A stretch of DNA of 64,000 bases, from IMG/VR virus record IMGVR_UViG_2858362155_000007, positions 11,124 to 75,123 of that record; one strand, 5' to 3'. This DNA is from a virus. The notes under the pieces were generated by a model. It saw only the letters and a list, made by a program, of their open reading frames with translations. It did no database searches and had not been told where the DNA came from. The first letter of the stretch is position 1; every line of letters begins with the position of its first letter. The position numbers and the translations under genes are program-made. Shown in pieces: positions 19,936 to 28,733 of the stretch.

Positions 19936-20993
19936 TTAGCCTCCAGTGCAACTTGTTCTGTCGCCTGTTTCCAGATACCACGGAATGAAGCTAAACCAGC
20001 AACTTCACTCATACGGCCAAGACCATTTTTCTTTGCTTGCTCGACTGCTAATGCTTGAATACGATTTTCAGGTTTCCAGCCTGAGGTAAACATTTTTCTA
20101 AAAGTTTCATCACGTTCAACCGTGTTAATTTCCACTGAAACTTCTCCAGGCTTTAACCAACGACCATTCACACATTCAGGACGCCCTGCATCACGCCATT
20201 TGATCGCCTTATCTTGGTATTCAATACAGTTTTCAGGAACAAATAATGTTTTAGGGCGTAAGTAATCACGCATCTTGGGATCTTTTTGCCATTTAGCTGT
20301 CAGGTAATCCGTAATTAATATCAAGTCTTCAGAGGTAAATCCTTCTGCTAATCGCGCCTTGATATGCCCTGTCGTTGTTTTTCCTTCACGATATTTGGAA
20401 TTTGTCACCTTGTTGAAATAATCCAAAATTAATTTTTCAGGAGCGTTGTCGGGTTCAGTAGGAACCTGACAAGAAGAGTTAGTCTCTGTTGTACTCTCTG
20501 AAGTAATCTCTGTTGTATTCTCTGTAAGATCAGGCCATTTTGACCCGTTCAGAACAGCGCATTTTGAACCGTTTGACGGTTTCAATTTGCGCTTATCGAT
20601 AAGGTCATTTTGAACTGCTCGATTAGATGTATTATCACTGTTCGATAAGGTCATATTGACCCCATCAGTTAGCAGATGGTGATCGTAGTTAATCGCATAA
20701 TAATTAGTACGGTCATGGTTCGATTTATTGATTTGCTCAATGCGTAAAACACCCTGCTTTTTCAAATTAGTAAAAGCACGTTTAATCGTTGATTCAGAGA
20801 AAAAAGGAAATTGATTCTTCCACTCTTCAACTGTGTTATAAATCCAGCGTGAGCCGTCATATTCAACACCTGAAGTAGTTTCAGTTAGCCAATATTGAAT
20901 TTGCTGTAACAGCATCGCCTCATTTAAACCAAGACGTACCGCTAATTCAGGAATAACGACTAAAGGGCGACTTTTTAGTAATAATAAACTCAT
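19932..20993 (-). CDS. Replication initiation protein
   Basis: N-terminal wHTH (GLNEAMLLQQIQYW), C-terminal YLRPKTLF domain. Confidence 0.88.
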   Translation of the reverse strand: MSLLLLKSRPLVVIPELAVRLGLNEAMLLQQIQYWLTETTSGVEYDGSRWIYNTVEEWKNQFPFFSESTIKRAFTNLKKQGVLRIEQINKSNHDRTNYYAINYDHHLLTDGVNMTLSNSDNTSNRAVQNDLIDKRKLKPSNGSKCAVLNGSKWPDLTENTTEITSESTTETNSSCQVPTEPDNAPEKLILDYFNKVTNSKYREGKTTTGHIKARLAEGFTSEDLILITDYLTAKWQKDPKMRDYLRPKTLFVPENCIEYQDKAIKWRDAGRPECVNGRWLKPGEVSVEINTVERDETFRKMFTSGWKPENRIQALAVEQAKKNGLGRMSEVAGLASFRGIWKQATEQVALEAK

Positions 20994-21005
20994 CTTGCCA
21001 CCTCA

Positions 21006-21185
21006 TTACTTAATACGTGTGTACTTCTCTTTAAAACGCTGTACAGGTTCACACTGTGGGTCGTCACAACCATCAAGCATAAAAATAACGCGCTGTTTTT
21101 CTCTGTCATAACGAACAACATGAACAACGATACCTCGGTGATTTTTATAGTAGCGATCAAGTTGGTTTGGGTTCTCATTGTTCAT
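21006..21185 (-). CDS. DUF4222-like protein (59 aa), missing from track
   Basis: MNNENPNQLDRYYKNHRGIVVHVVRYDREKQRVIF...FKEKYTRIK. Confidence 0.75.
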   Translation of the reverse strand: MNNENPNQLDRYYKNHRGIVVHVVRYDREKQRVIFMLDGCDDPQCEPVQRFKEKYTRIK

Positions 21186-21355
21186 TGCCTCGTCCTCAGC
21201 CCATTCTTTGAATTAAAATCATCTACCAGCCAACGCATAAATTGGTAGTTGGTTTCTTGGTAGCCATTTGGTACCTTAATTTCATAGACAAAACGGCCAT
21301 CACGTATTGAAGCTCGCACTTGCGTGCGACATGCTAAGTTTGATAATCTACTCAT
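21182..21355 (-). CDS. 57-aa hypothetical protein, missing from track
   Basis: MSRLSNLACRTQVRASIRDGRFVYE...; ATGA overlap with DUF4222 ORF. Confidence 0.6.
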   Translation of the reverse strand: MSRLSNLACRTQVRASIRDGRFVYEIKVPNGYQETNYQFMRWLVDDFNSKNGLRTRQ

Positions 21356-21428
21356 GCTAATTTCTCTTCACACAATTGAAATTTGCAACCGAAGCCAGAG
21401 GCCGTACACCTTTGGCTTCACCCTTTCT
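21353..21428 (+). ncRNA. Candidate OOP-like antisense sRNA
   Basis: TTGCGT-16-GATAAT (21320-21347) upstream; 5' part complementary to repeated RBS motif; 11-bp hairpin 21391-21419 with loop CCGTACA; weak U-tail. Confidence 0.4.
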
Positions 21429-21439
21429 AAAGCCCATCA

Positions 21440-21898
21440 TTATTTTTTCTTCCGATGTAATGAGATAAATGCATTAACAAATGCGCGACCACTTGCTATT
21501 ACACGATCTAGCATTACGTTAAGTTGTTTTTCTTCTTCACTATCTACAACGCCATCTTCCAAGCTTTTTTCTAAAAAAATTGCCAGCTCACCTTGTTTTG
21601 AACCAACCTTGCTATGTAGGCGAAACAATTCAGGCTCATCTAGCTCGTCAGGCTTAATGCGTTCCACCAGCAACATTCCAGACTCACGAGCAATGAATTC
21701 AGTGAATAACACGGTTTTTGAGATATCTTGCATCGCTAATAACTCGTTTAAATCAAACGAACGACAACCGTTTTTTTCGTAAAGTTTGTTATTGAATGAA
21801 GTCAGAGATAAACCCAATGCCCCAGCCATCGCTTCACGCCCACCAGCTGTTGCCTCACACATTTCTTTCACAACTTGTTTTATTGATTGGTTACTCAT
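21440..21898 (-). CDS. YmfL-family (CII-position) regulator
   Basis: GGREAMAGALG...FNNKLYEKNGCRSF. Confidence 0.85.
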   Translation of the reverse strand: MSNQSIKQVVKEMCEATAGGREAMAGALGLSLTSFNNKLYEKNGCRSFDLNELLAMQDISKTVLFTEFIARESGMLLVERIKPDELDEPELFRLHSKVGSKQGELAIFLEKSLEDGVVDSEEEKQLNVMLDRVIASGRAFVNAFISLHRKKK

Positions 21899-21913
21899 AA
21901 ATACCTCTCTTTA

Positions 21914-22576
21914 TTAAAACCACAGCCATTGGCAAAAAGTCTTGCGTGGCATCACGTAATACTTCCCTGGGTTGTTCCGGTAAAACCGTTTGGCTTTTAG
22001 CTCATGAAGCTTCATCCAGCGCTTACGTTTTGCTAATATTCGTGGGCTAATACACTCGCTAAACATTATCCCTAGTGGGATCATCACTAAGGACGCAAAT
22101 AACATACCGATAAGGGATGACTTAACATGCTCGATATCTTCTTGGGTCACTTGGTCTCGTTTCTCAAAACCAGCCTCAGTCTTATTACTTTCTTTTGGGC
22201 TATTTTTTCCTTTTTCTTGGGAACTTGGCTTGGTCATTCCCTCGCTCGCAGAAGAGACAAAAGAAAGGAATTCAATGCCATTGCAGATCCGTTGTTCTTG
22301 CTTCTTGATAAATTCCTCGACGATTGTAAAGACGGGAAAAGAGACATGCCTCGCATCACTCGTGACGACTTCAGAGCCTTGCGCCCTCACTTGACCACAA
22401 GACAATGCAACAACTATAACCATGCCGTAGACAGCTTTTTTGATACTCTTAAAAGCAATGAGCTTTATGAGAACGATTGGATTTATCCTGTTATTAGGAA
22501 CCCTGCAGAGATGATCCCCAATATCAATAACCTTATGGTTTTTATTAAACGACGTTAATTTTATTGAGTGATTCAT
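21914..22576 (-). CDS. 220-aa ORF in pR operon, overlapping an antisense ORF
   Basis: AGGA RBS; fills cro-ymfL gap; two hydrophobic segments. Confidence 0.4.
   Translation of the reverse strand: MNHSIKLTSFNKNHKVIDIGDHLCRVPNNRINPIVLIKLIAFKSIKKAVYGMVIVVALSCGQVRAQGSEVVTSDARHVSFPVFTIVEEFIKKQEQRICNGIEFLSFVSSASEGMTKPSSQEKGKNSPKESNKTEAGFEKRDQVTQEDIEHVKSSLIGMLFASLVMIPLGIMFSECISPRILAKRKRWMKLHELKAKRFYRNNPGKYYVMPRKTFCQWLWF
22127..22558 (+). CDS. 143-aa membrane-anchored protein (moron)
   Basis: N-terminal TM followed by basic RRRDKRK; AAGGGA RBS. Confidence 0.65.
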   Translation: MLDIFLGHLVSFLKTSLSLITFFWAIFSFFLGTWLGHSLARRRDKRKEFNAIADPLFLLLDKFLDDCKDGKRDMPRITRDDFRALRPHLTTRQCNNYNHAVDSFFDTLKSNELYENDWIYPVIRNPAEMIPNINNLMVFIKRR

Positions 22577-22632
22577 TTCCTACCCTTGTTAATGATTTTT
22601 TGTAGTTACAAATTAAAAAAATAAGAAGTAGT

Positions 22633-22848
22633 TTATTTGTGATTGCTAAATTTCTTCGGATATAAAATCTGCATCTCTGTTAATTCACCGTTGAAAAAAG
22701 CAACTAATCGCTCAGCAACTTCTAACGAAGTTTTTTGAGCGCCTCTTTCAATACGGCTAAGATTTCCTACATCAATTTGAACTGCTTCGGCAACTTTACT
22801 CAACGTAAGATTTTGCTTAATTCGCAATAACCTTAATGGTGTTTGCAT
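22633..22848 (-). CDS. cro: Cro-like HTH repressor
   Basis: XRE HTH, divergent from cI. Confidence 0.88.
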   Translation of the reverse strand: MQTPLRLLRIKQNLTLSKVAEAVQIDVGNLSRIERGAQKTSLEVAERLVAFFNGELTEMQILYPKKFSNHK

Positions 22849-22862
22849 AGAACCCCCTAAAT

Positions 22863-22947
22863 TTGCGTTTTAAGCATAATATAACATCAATTCAATTTGC
22901 GCAATTTACTTTGCAAATAACGCAAAAAGGATTTGTAATTACGGCAT
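22863..22947. promoter_or_regulatory. OR operators, TTGY-N7-GCAW
   Basis: Sites 22863-22877, 22911-22925, 22933-22947. Confidence 0.65.
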
Positions 22948-23635
22948 GGAAATAGGAAAAAAAATCAGATCAATCCGTTTAAAACGGAACATGACAATTG
23001 CTGAACTGGCTAACGCTATTGATAGCGACCCAGGCAACGTGTCTCGTCTTGAAACTGGTAAACAAAAATCATTTACCGAGCAACAATTAAAGAAAATTGC
23101 TAACGCACTATCAATATCTTTACTTGATTTATTTTCAGATGAGGATAATCATACTGTATATAAACACAGTAATTTGAATCATGACGAAATGAACGAGGAT
23201 CTTTATAAAGTGCAACTACTTGATATTAGTGCGAGTGCAGGACCAGGTTGCGTGAGAACAAGTGATGTCATAGATGTCATTCATTCCATTGAATATGATA
23301 CAGAACAAGCCAAATTACTATTCGGTTCTCGGCCCGCGAACTCAGTAAAAGTTATTAACGTTCGTGGTGACAGCATGTCTGGCACAATAGAGCCAGGCGA
23401 TATTATTTTTGTTGATATATCAATAGATTATATTGATGGCGATGGTATTTATGTGTTTTCTTTTGATGGAAATATACACGTAAAACGCCTACAAATAGTT
23501 CCAGATGAAATAATTGTTCTCTCAGACAACCCCAAATATACACAATGGAAAATCAACAGCACAAATGAACATAGATTTTGTGTGCACGGGAAAGTTTTGA
23601 TTAGCCAGAGCCTCGAATATAGGCGTCACGCTTAG
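22946..23635 (+). CDS. cI: CI repressor (HTH + S24 autopeptidase)
   Basis: ASAG cleavage site, GDSM Ser, VKRL Lys. Confidence 0.95.
   Translation: MEIGKKIRSIRLKRNMTIAELANAIDSDPGNVSRLETGKQKSFTEQQLKKIANALSISLLDLFSDEDNHTVYKHSNLNHDEMNEDLYKVQLLDISASAGPGCVRTSDVIDVIHSIEYDTEQAKLLFGSRPANSVKVINVRGDSMSGTIEPGDIIFVDISIDYIDGDGIYVFSFDGNIHVKRLQIVPDEIIVLSDNPKYTQWKINSTNEHRFCVHGKVLISQSLEYRRHA
23154..23169. promoter_or_regulatory. LexA (SOS) box inside cI
   Basis: taCTGTATATAAACACAGta matches CTGT-N8-ACAG consensus. Confidence 0.7.
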
Positions 23636-23654
23636 TAAAAACAGCATTTGTATC

Positions 23655-23684
23655 AAAGCCTGAGCTTATTTCGGGCTTTTTTTT
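23655..23684 (+). terminator. Terminator after cI
   Basis: AAAGCCTGA...TCGGGCTTT + T run. Confidence 0.75.
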
Positions 23685-23694
23685 ATTTGTTAAT

Positions 23695-23731
23695 TTGTAA
23701 ATATCGCAAATTAATATTGCGTAAAATGCAA
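23695..23731. promoter_or_regulatory. OL operators / pL
   Basis: TTGTAAATATCGCAA (23695-23709), TTGCGTAAAATGCAA (23717-23731). Confidence 0.65.
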
Positions 23732-23782
23732 AATTGAATTATTGTTACCTCAGAAGCAAGTTTAGACGCGAGGGAAATACTC

Positions 23783-23986
23783 ATGACAACTGAACCAATA
23801 ATCATAGCGCCAAATGGTTTCACTAATGAAGATATCGCAAAGTGGATGAGGTGCAAGTTGCAGTGCATAGATTACCTCCCTGTTTTACACGGTAAGCGAG
23901 AAAGACTAATGAGCGATGTAAAAAAGCTAGATGCCGAAATAGCAGAGTACATCAGTAAAAGCGCTATTCAGATACAAAGTAAATGA
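23783..23986 (+). CDS. First pL-operon protein, hypothetical
   Basis: GAGGG RBS, 67 aa. Confidence 0.7.
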   Translation: MTTEPIIIAPNGFTNEDIAKWMRCKLQCIDYLPVLHGKRERLMSDVKKLDAEIAEYISKSAIQIQSK

Positions 23987-24330
23987 TTTTTATGTGTGAA
24001 GAGAACGTGTGAAGAGAAACAATGGCTGACTGAGTCTTTTACCATTAAAAGGGGTTGTGGTGATAATGTTCTGCTCAGTCAGCCATTTTTATAAAGTTAG
24101 TTTTATAACCAAAGAGCGTGGGCGTGAAAAAAAGTAACCCGCAGTCAGCTAGAAATCCGAATCCCAATCGGGCTGATGCAACCACGGGTGGTCCGCTCTT
24201 TTTGATTATGACTCTAACAATAAGCAAGGGTACTGGCATTATTTGTGAAATGTCTTATCAGGATTATGTCAACTCGCTAGTGCCCTTTCTTATTGTGTGA
24301 AGTGAATAAACCGTGTGAGGAGAAATTAAC

Positions 24331-25227
24331 ATGTCACGCCCTTCGTTAAAAAATGTAATTGTGTATAAAGCACAACTACCAAGTGCAGAAGCGATGTCCG
24401 ATCACCTAAGTAAAATCCCATTTACTGAAGTGTTAGAGTCACATTTTTGTAGTTATGGCTACATACCAAACCCAGTCACTAATGAATTAGTTACCCCTAT
24501 TACAGACGGGTATTTGCTGACATTTCGTTTTGATCAGAAAATATTACCTAATGCTGTTATTAAAAAAGAAGTTAATGAGCGCATTAGTAAGTTAAAAGAG
24601 GATGGGATTGAATTTATTGAGCCTGATATTAAAAATACAGTCACCGCTGAATTTTTGAGAAAGGCGTTTGTAAAAACAATTACTACACTCGTTTTATATC
24701 ATCCCAGTAAAGAATATTTATTAGTAGCTAGCTCTAATAAAAACATTGCCAATTCGGCTATAAGCACATTAATTAAGGCGTGTGGTTCAGTTAAAACAGA
24801 AACAATTCATATCGATGATGTATCACAAGGTCTAACTACTAGATTATTAAATACATTAAATAATAAAGAGGAAACGGATTGTTTTGGAAAAAATTTCTAC
24901 CTAGGTCAATTTTATTTACTTGAAAGAAAAATTGATAATAAAAAAGAAATTGTAAAATATGATGCTGATTTTAACTCTATAAGAGATGTTCTTTTTGACT
25001 CTTTAAACAATCAATTTAAAATTAATTTAATTCAGTTATATACAGATGATATACAATTTAAACTTACTAGCGACTTCCACTTCAAAGGGATTAAACCAGT
25101 AAATAAAATTGAATTTGATGATAAAGATAGAGTTTATCGATATCGACATGAGTGTTCACTCATCATGTTCTATATGACAATTACCATCGACTTTTTAATT
25201 GACTTATTAAAATATAAAAAAAAATAA
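24331..25227 (+). CDS. RdgC-family recombination protein
   Basis: LKNVIVYKAQLP...QKILPNAVI...GSVKTETIHIDD. Confidence 0.8.
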   Translation: MSRPSLKNVIVYKAQLPSAEAMSDHLSKIPFTEVLESHFCSYGYIPNPVTNELVTPITDGYLLTFRFDQKILPNAVIKKEVNERISKLKEDGIEFIEPDIKNTVTAEFLRKAFVKTITTLVLYHPSKEYLLVASSNKNIANSAISTLIKACGSVKTETIHIDDVSQGLTTRLLNTLNNKEETDCFGKNFYLGQFYLLERKIDNKKEIVKYDADFNSIRDVLFDSLNNQFKINLIQLYTDDIQFKLTSDFHFKGIKPVNKIEFDDKDRVYRYRHECSLIMFYMTITIDFLIDLLKYKKK

Positions 25228-25308
25228 TAATTAGCCAACATCAGGGAATTTTAATCTCGAATAATTCGAGAGGGATTTTTATTACCTAAAAATTGTGTGG
25301 AGAGAACA

Positions 25309-25842
25309 ATGTCTTATATTGCAACAGCAACAAATAAACATTTCTATTATCTCGATGTACGGATCGAAGATATAGATATTCAAGATATTGCGACAGGTTT
25401 AGCTAATGAATGTCGCTTTAATGGACAGATTGATAATTTCTATTCTGTTGCTCAGCATTCTGTGTATACCAGTTATTTAGTTGCACCTGAATTTGCTTTA
25501 GAGGCCCTACTTCATGATGCCAGTGAAGCTTATGTCAAAGACCTACCGTCACCACTTAAAAAGTTATTGCCTGAATATAAATTAATTGAATTGCGTGTGG
25601 AAAAGATAATCCGCAAAAAGTTTGGATTACCTGAAAATATATCTGATGAAGTCCATTTTGCTGACTTAATGATGTTAGCCACAGAAAAGCGTGATTTAGA
25701 CATTGATGCAGGTAGTAACTGGTTAATGCTTGAAGGTATTCCAGCTAGCGATTTTGCTGTCAATCCGCTAACCCCTCGACAAGCAAAATCCCTATTCTTA
25801 CGCCGTTTTAATGAACTTTATAAGGAGGTTGAGAATGGCTAA
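25309..25842 (+). CDS. HD-domain 5'-deoxynucleotidase (YfbR/YfdR-like)
   Basis: CRFNG...YSVAQHSV...[11 protein letters not shown]. Confidence 0.9.
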   Translation: MSYIATATNKHFYYLDVRIEDIDIQDIATGLANECRFNGQIDNFYSVAQHSVYTSYLVAPEFALEALLHDASEAYVKDLPSPLKKLLPEYKLIELRVEKIIRKKFGLPENISDEVHFADLMMLATEKRDLDIDAGSNWLMLEGIPASDFAVNPLTPRQAKSLFLRRFNELYKEVENG

Positions 25843-26332
25843 CGGATCAGTAAACAAAGTAATCCTCATTGGCAATTTAGGTCGTGATCCTGAAATTCGC
25901 TACCTGCCTTCTGGTGGTGCTGTTGCCAATTTAGCTGTGGCCACATCAGAGAAATGGCGTGACAAACAAACAGGTGAAAATCGCGAAAAAACAGAATGGC
26001 ATCGTGTTGTTTTGTTTGGAAAACTCGCCGATATCGCCAGTGGCTATTTATGTAAAGGCTCGCAAGTTTATATCGAGGGTCAACTACAAACGCGCGAGTG
26101 GGATGATAACGGCGTTAAACGTTACACAACAGAAATTGTTGTAAAGATTGGCGGTTCAATGCAAATGCTAGGTGGTGCTAGTAAATCAGCAGGTTCACAA
26201 CCGGCACTGCAAAACCCGCCACCGGCTCAACCTCAAGCACAGAGTAGTCAGCCACCAATGGATTTTGAGGATGATATTCCTTTCGCACCTATTGGGCTTA
26301 TGTATCCACGCCATTTAATTAATGTGGTTTAA
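25835..26332 (+). CDS. ssb: Single-stranded DNA-binding protein with C-terminal extension
   Basis: [23 protein letters not shown] followed by 15 extra residues. Confidence 0.93.
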   Translation: MANGSVNKVILIGNLGRDPEIRYLPSGGAVANLAVATSEKWRDKQTGENREKTEWHRVVLFGKLADIASGYLCKGSQVYIEGQLQTREWDDNGVKRYTTEIVVKIGGSMQMLGGASKSAGSQPALQNPPPAQPQAQSSQPPMDFEDDIPFAPIGLMYPRHLINVV

Positions 26333-26373
26333 CCTACTTACTCAGTGCAAGGATGCAATTAAGAGGAATGACG

Positions 26374-26643
26374 ATGAAACATCCATCAATTATACGAATT
26401 AGCAACGATAGTATTCAAACGCTACTAATGAAAGGGGAGCATACCGCCAGCGAGGTGATTAATTCAGCCATTGAGTCTGGGGAAATAGATAAGAGCGACC
26501 GTAAATTTTGGGAAAAATACGACAAGGTAGATATTTGTTATTTTAAAGCAGTTCCCAAGCCTGGTTATTCAGCGTATTACCATGAATCAAGCAAAGATGT
26601 TAAAGGTGCATTTTTAGCAACGGCTGTCATGGTTTATTGGTAA
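26374..26643 (+). CDS. Hypothetical protein
   Basis: GAGG RBS, in operon. Confidence 0.65.
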   Translation: MKHPSIIRISNDSIQTLLMKGEHTASEVINSAIESGEIDKSDRKFWEKYDKVDICYFKAVPKPGYSAYYHESSKDVKGAFLATAVMVYW

Positions 26644-26661
26644 TGATTAAAGAGTAAGAGA

Positions 26662-27137
26662 ATGAAACCAATACTTGATATGTGTTGTGGCTCTCGCATG
26701 TTTTATTTTGATAAACAAGACGACCGAGTTTTATTTAATGATATTAGAGCAGAAGAACATATTTTATGTGATGGAAGAATTTTAAATATAACACCTGATG
26801 TTATTTCTGATTTTAAAAACCTTCCCTTACCAGATAATACTTTTTATCAGGTGCTATTTGACCCTCCTCATTTAATTAGAGTTGGCAAAAATAGTTGGAT
26901 GTTTAAAAAATACGGTTCGTTAAATAAAGACTCATGGAAAGACGATTTATCAAAAGGATTTAGTGAAGCATTTAGAGTGCTTAGGCCAGGAGGAACATTG
27001 CTGTTCAAGTGGAATGAAACGCAAATACCTACCAAGCAAATTTTAGCACTAACAGACCAAAAACAACAGCGGTACAGCGTGTAGGTAAGAACGATAAAAC
27101 GCACTGGATCTCTTTTCTTAAGGAGCTCAGTGAATAA
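26662..27137 (+). pseudogene. SAM-dependent methyltransferase with 1-bp deletion near 27064
   Basis: ILDMCCGSRMF, FDPPH; C-terminus ..KTHWISFLKE continues in shifted frame to TAA 27137 (span 476 bp). Confidence 0.7.
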
Positions 27138-27198
27138 TTACCACCAGCATTAACTAATATCTATTTAAACTGTGTACGGACAGTGTGGAGAGAAAAAT

Positions 27199-27420
27199 AT
27201 GTCTATTAATTGCATGGGTAAGCTAATGAAAGCTAGTAAGTGGGCACATAGAGAATTTGATAAAGACTCCATTCCAAACCCAAGAACTATAAAACGTTGG
27301 GTAAAAGATGGAATAGTCAATGGGAGAATTATCGATGGATCTGTTTGGGTTTTCTCGAGCGAGAAAATGGGTGTTGCCACTTCAATATCAAATCATGTAA
27401 ATGCATTAATAGAGGATTAA
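27199..27420 (+). CDS. xis: Excisionase
   Basis: Small wHTH (PNPRTIKRWVKDG) directly before integrase. Confidence 0.8.
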   Translation: MSINCMGKLMKASKWAHREFDKDSIPNPRTIKRWVKDGIVNGRIIDGSVWVFSSEKMGVATSISNHVNALIED

Positions 27421-27421
27421 A

Positions 27422-28603
27422 ATGGCGTCACGTCCAAGAAATCGGCAGTATAGACACTTACCTGACTTTCTTTATTTTGATAAAGATCGAAAACGCTATG
27501 TCTTGACGTTGATATCAGGGAAAAGAAAAACAATAGGCTCTGATAGGGCCTATGCGATTGCTGTCGCAAAAGAATATAATTTACGTATGCGTCCAGAAAC
27601 ATCAATTAGCTTAGAATCTTTAATTATTGAGTCAGGCGGAATAAACGGGGAAGGCGCACCACTAAGTGATCATATTGATAGATTAATGGAAAGAATTATT
27701 AATGATGAAAACCCAGCTAAAAGCACTCAATCAAATTGGGAAAATGATGCTATTCGTGTAAAGGAATTTTTTAGTAATATTCCTTGCTGTGATATTACAC
27801 TAGAACATGTAAACGACTACATTAACTACTATCATGCTGAAAGTTCGCCTAACGTTCAAAATAGAAAAGTTCTATTTTTAAAAAAAATCTTCTCTTATGC
27901 TGTTGATGAATCGTTGATGTATGACAATCCAGCCAATCGTAAAAAAATGCGAAGAATAGAAGGTAAACAAAGACGACGTTTGACATTCGATGACTTTATA
28001 AAAATAAGAAGTTCTGCGGATCAATGGCTCAAAACAGCTATGGATCTAGCATTACAAACAGCGCAAGCTAGGCTTGAGGTATCTCGTATAAAATACTCCA
28101 TAAAAGTACCAAAAGAAGGCGTCTGTGGATGTATTTGGTTAGATAATCCAGTAAATGGAATTTATGGAACACTTTATATTCATCGCCAAAAAGTCAAAGA
28201 TAAAGAGGCTTCTCACGTTGCCATTCCTATTGGTGCTGAACTAAAACGAATTATTGATGAAAGCAGAGATAGCATAGCAAGTCCATACGTTGTTCATAGG
28301 CTACCTAAAAAATATAGCAATCCTATTAGCTCAATGGTTAAACACCCTACACAAGTAGCACCAGATTACTTAAGCCGTGCATTTTCAGCATTAAGAGATC
28401 GCATTGGAGTTAAGTCAGAACTCCCCTTAGAGCAGCGCCCTACTTTTCATGAAATAAGAGCGTTATCAGCTTATTTATTCAAACAGCAAGGAATAGATCC
28501 CCAAGCACGCATGGCTCATTCCGATGCTAAATCAACAAAAATTTATACACAAAACCACGTTGATTGGGTTAGTGTTCCACATGCTGAAATCAAAGTAAGT
28601 TAA
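27422..28603 (+). CDS. int: Tyrosine integrase
   Basis: TAQAR, FHEIRAL, MAH...TKIY catalytic motifs; lambda-like N-terminal arm-binding domain. Confidence 0.95.
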   Translation: MASRPRNRQYRHLPDFLYFDKDRKRYVLTLISGKRKTIGSDRAYAIAVAKEYNLRMRPETSISLESLIIESGGINGEGAPLSDHIDRLMERIINDENPAKSTQSNWENDAIRVKEFFSNIPCCDITLEHVNDYINYYHAESSPNVQNRKVLFLKKIFSYAVDESLMYDNPANRKKMRRIEGKQRRRLTFDDFIKIRSSADQWLKTAMDLALQTAQARLEVSRIKYSIKVPKEGVCGCIWLDNPVNGIYGTLYIHRQKVKDKEASHVAIPIGAELKRIIDESRDSIASPYVVHRLPKKYSNPISSMVKHPTQVAPDYLSRAFSALRDRIGVKSELPLEQRPTFHEIRALSAYLFKQQGIDPQARMAHSDAKSTKIYTQNHVDWVSVPHAEIKVS

Positions 28604-28644
28604 TGGTGTAAAAGTATCAGTAACTACTTGATTAATATAATACC

Positions 28645-28663
28645 AAATACACACAAAATACAC
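28645..28663 (+). repeat. AAATACAC x2, 11-bp period (putative Int arm sites, phage 1)
   Basis: Copies at 28645-28652 and 28656-28663. Confidence 0.45.
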
Positions 28664-28678
28664 TGTTTGCATATACAG
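28663..28678. promoter_or_regulatory. LexA box between int and att
   Basis: aCTGTTTGCATATACAGta. Confidence 0.6.
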
Positions 28679-28733
28679 TATTTTACACATAAAACCATTG
28701 CTAATCATATAGTTATAAATATATTGATGTTAA

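Noticed and set aside
20990..21178. Track ORF of 62 aa
   Set aside because: Wrong frame; DUF4222-like ORF 21006-21185 is the better call
24118..24300. 60-aa GTG-start ORF in the pL leader
   Set aside because: Weak start and coincides with RNA stems; a non-coding role is more plausible
27170..27183. LexA box CTGT-GTACGG-ACAG
   Set aside because: Spacer is 6 bp, not 8; better explained as a TGTACGG-loop hairpin
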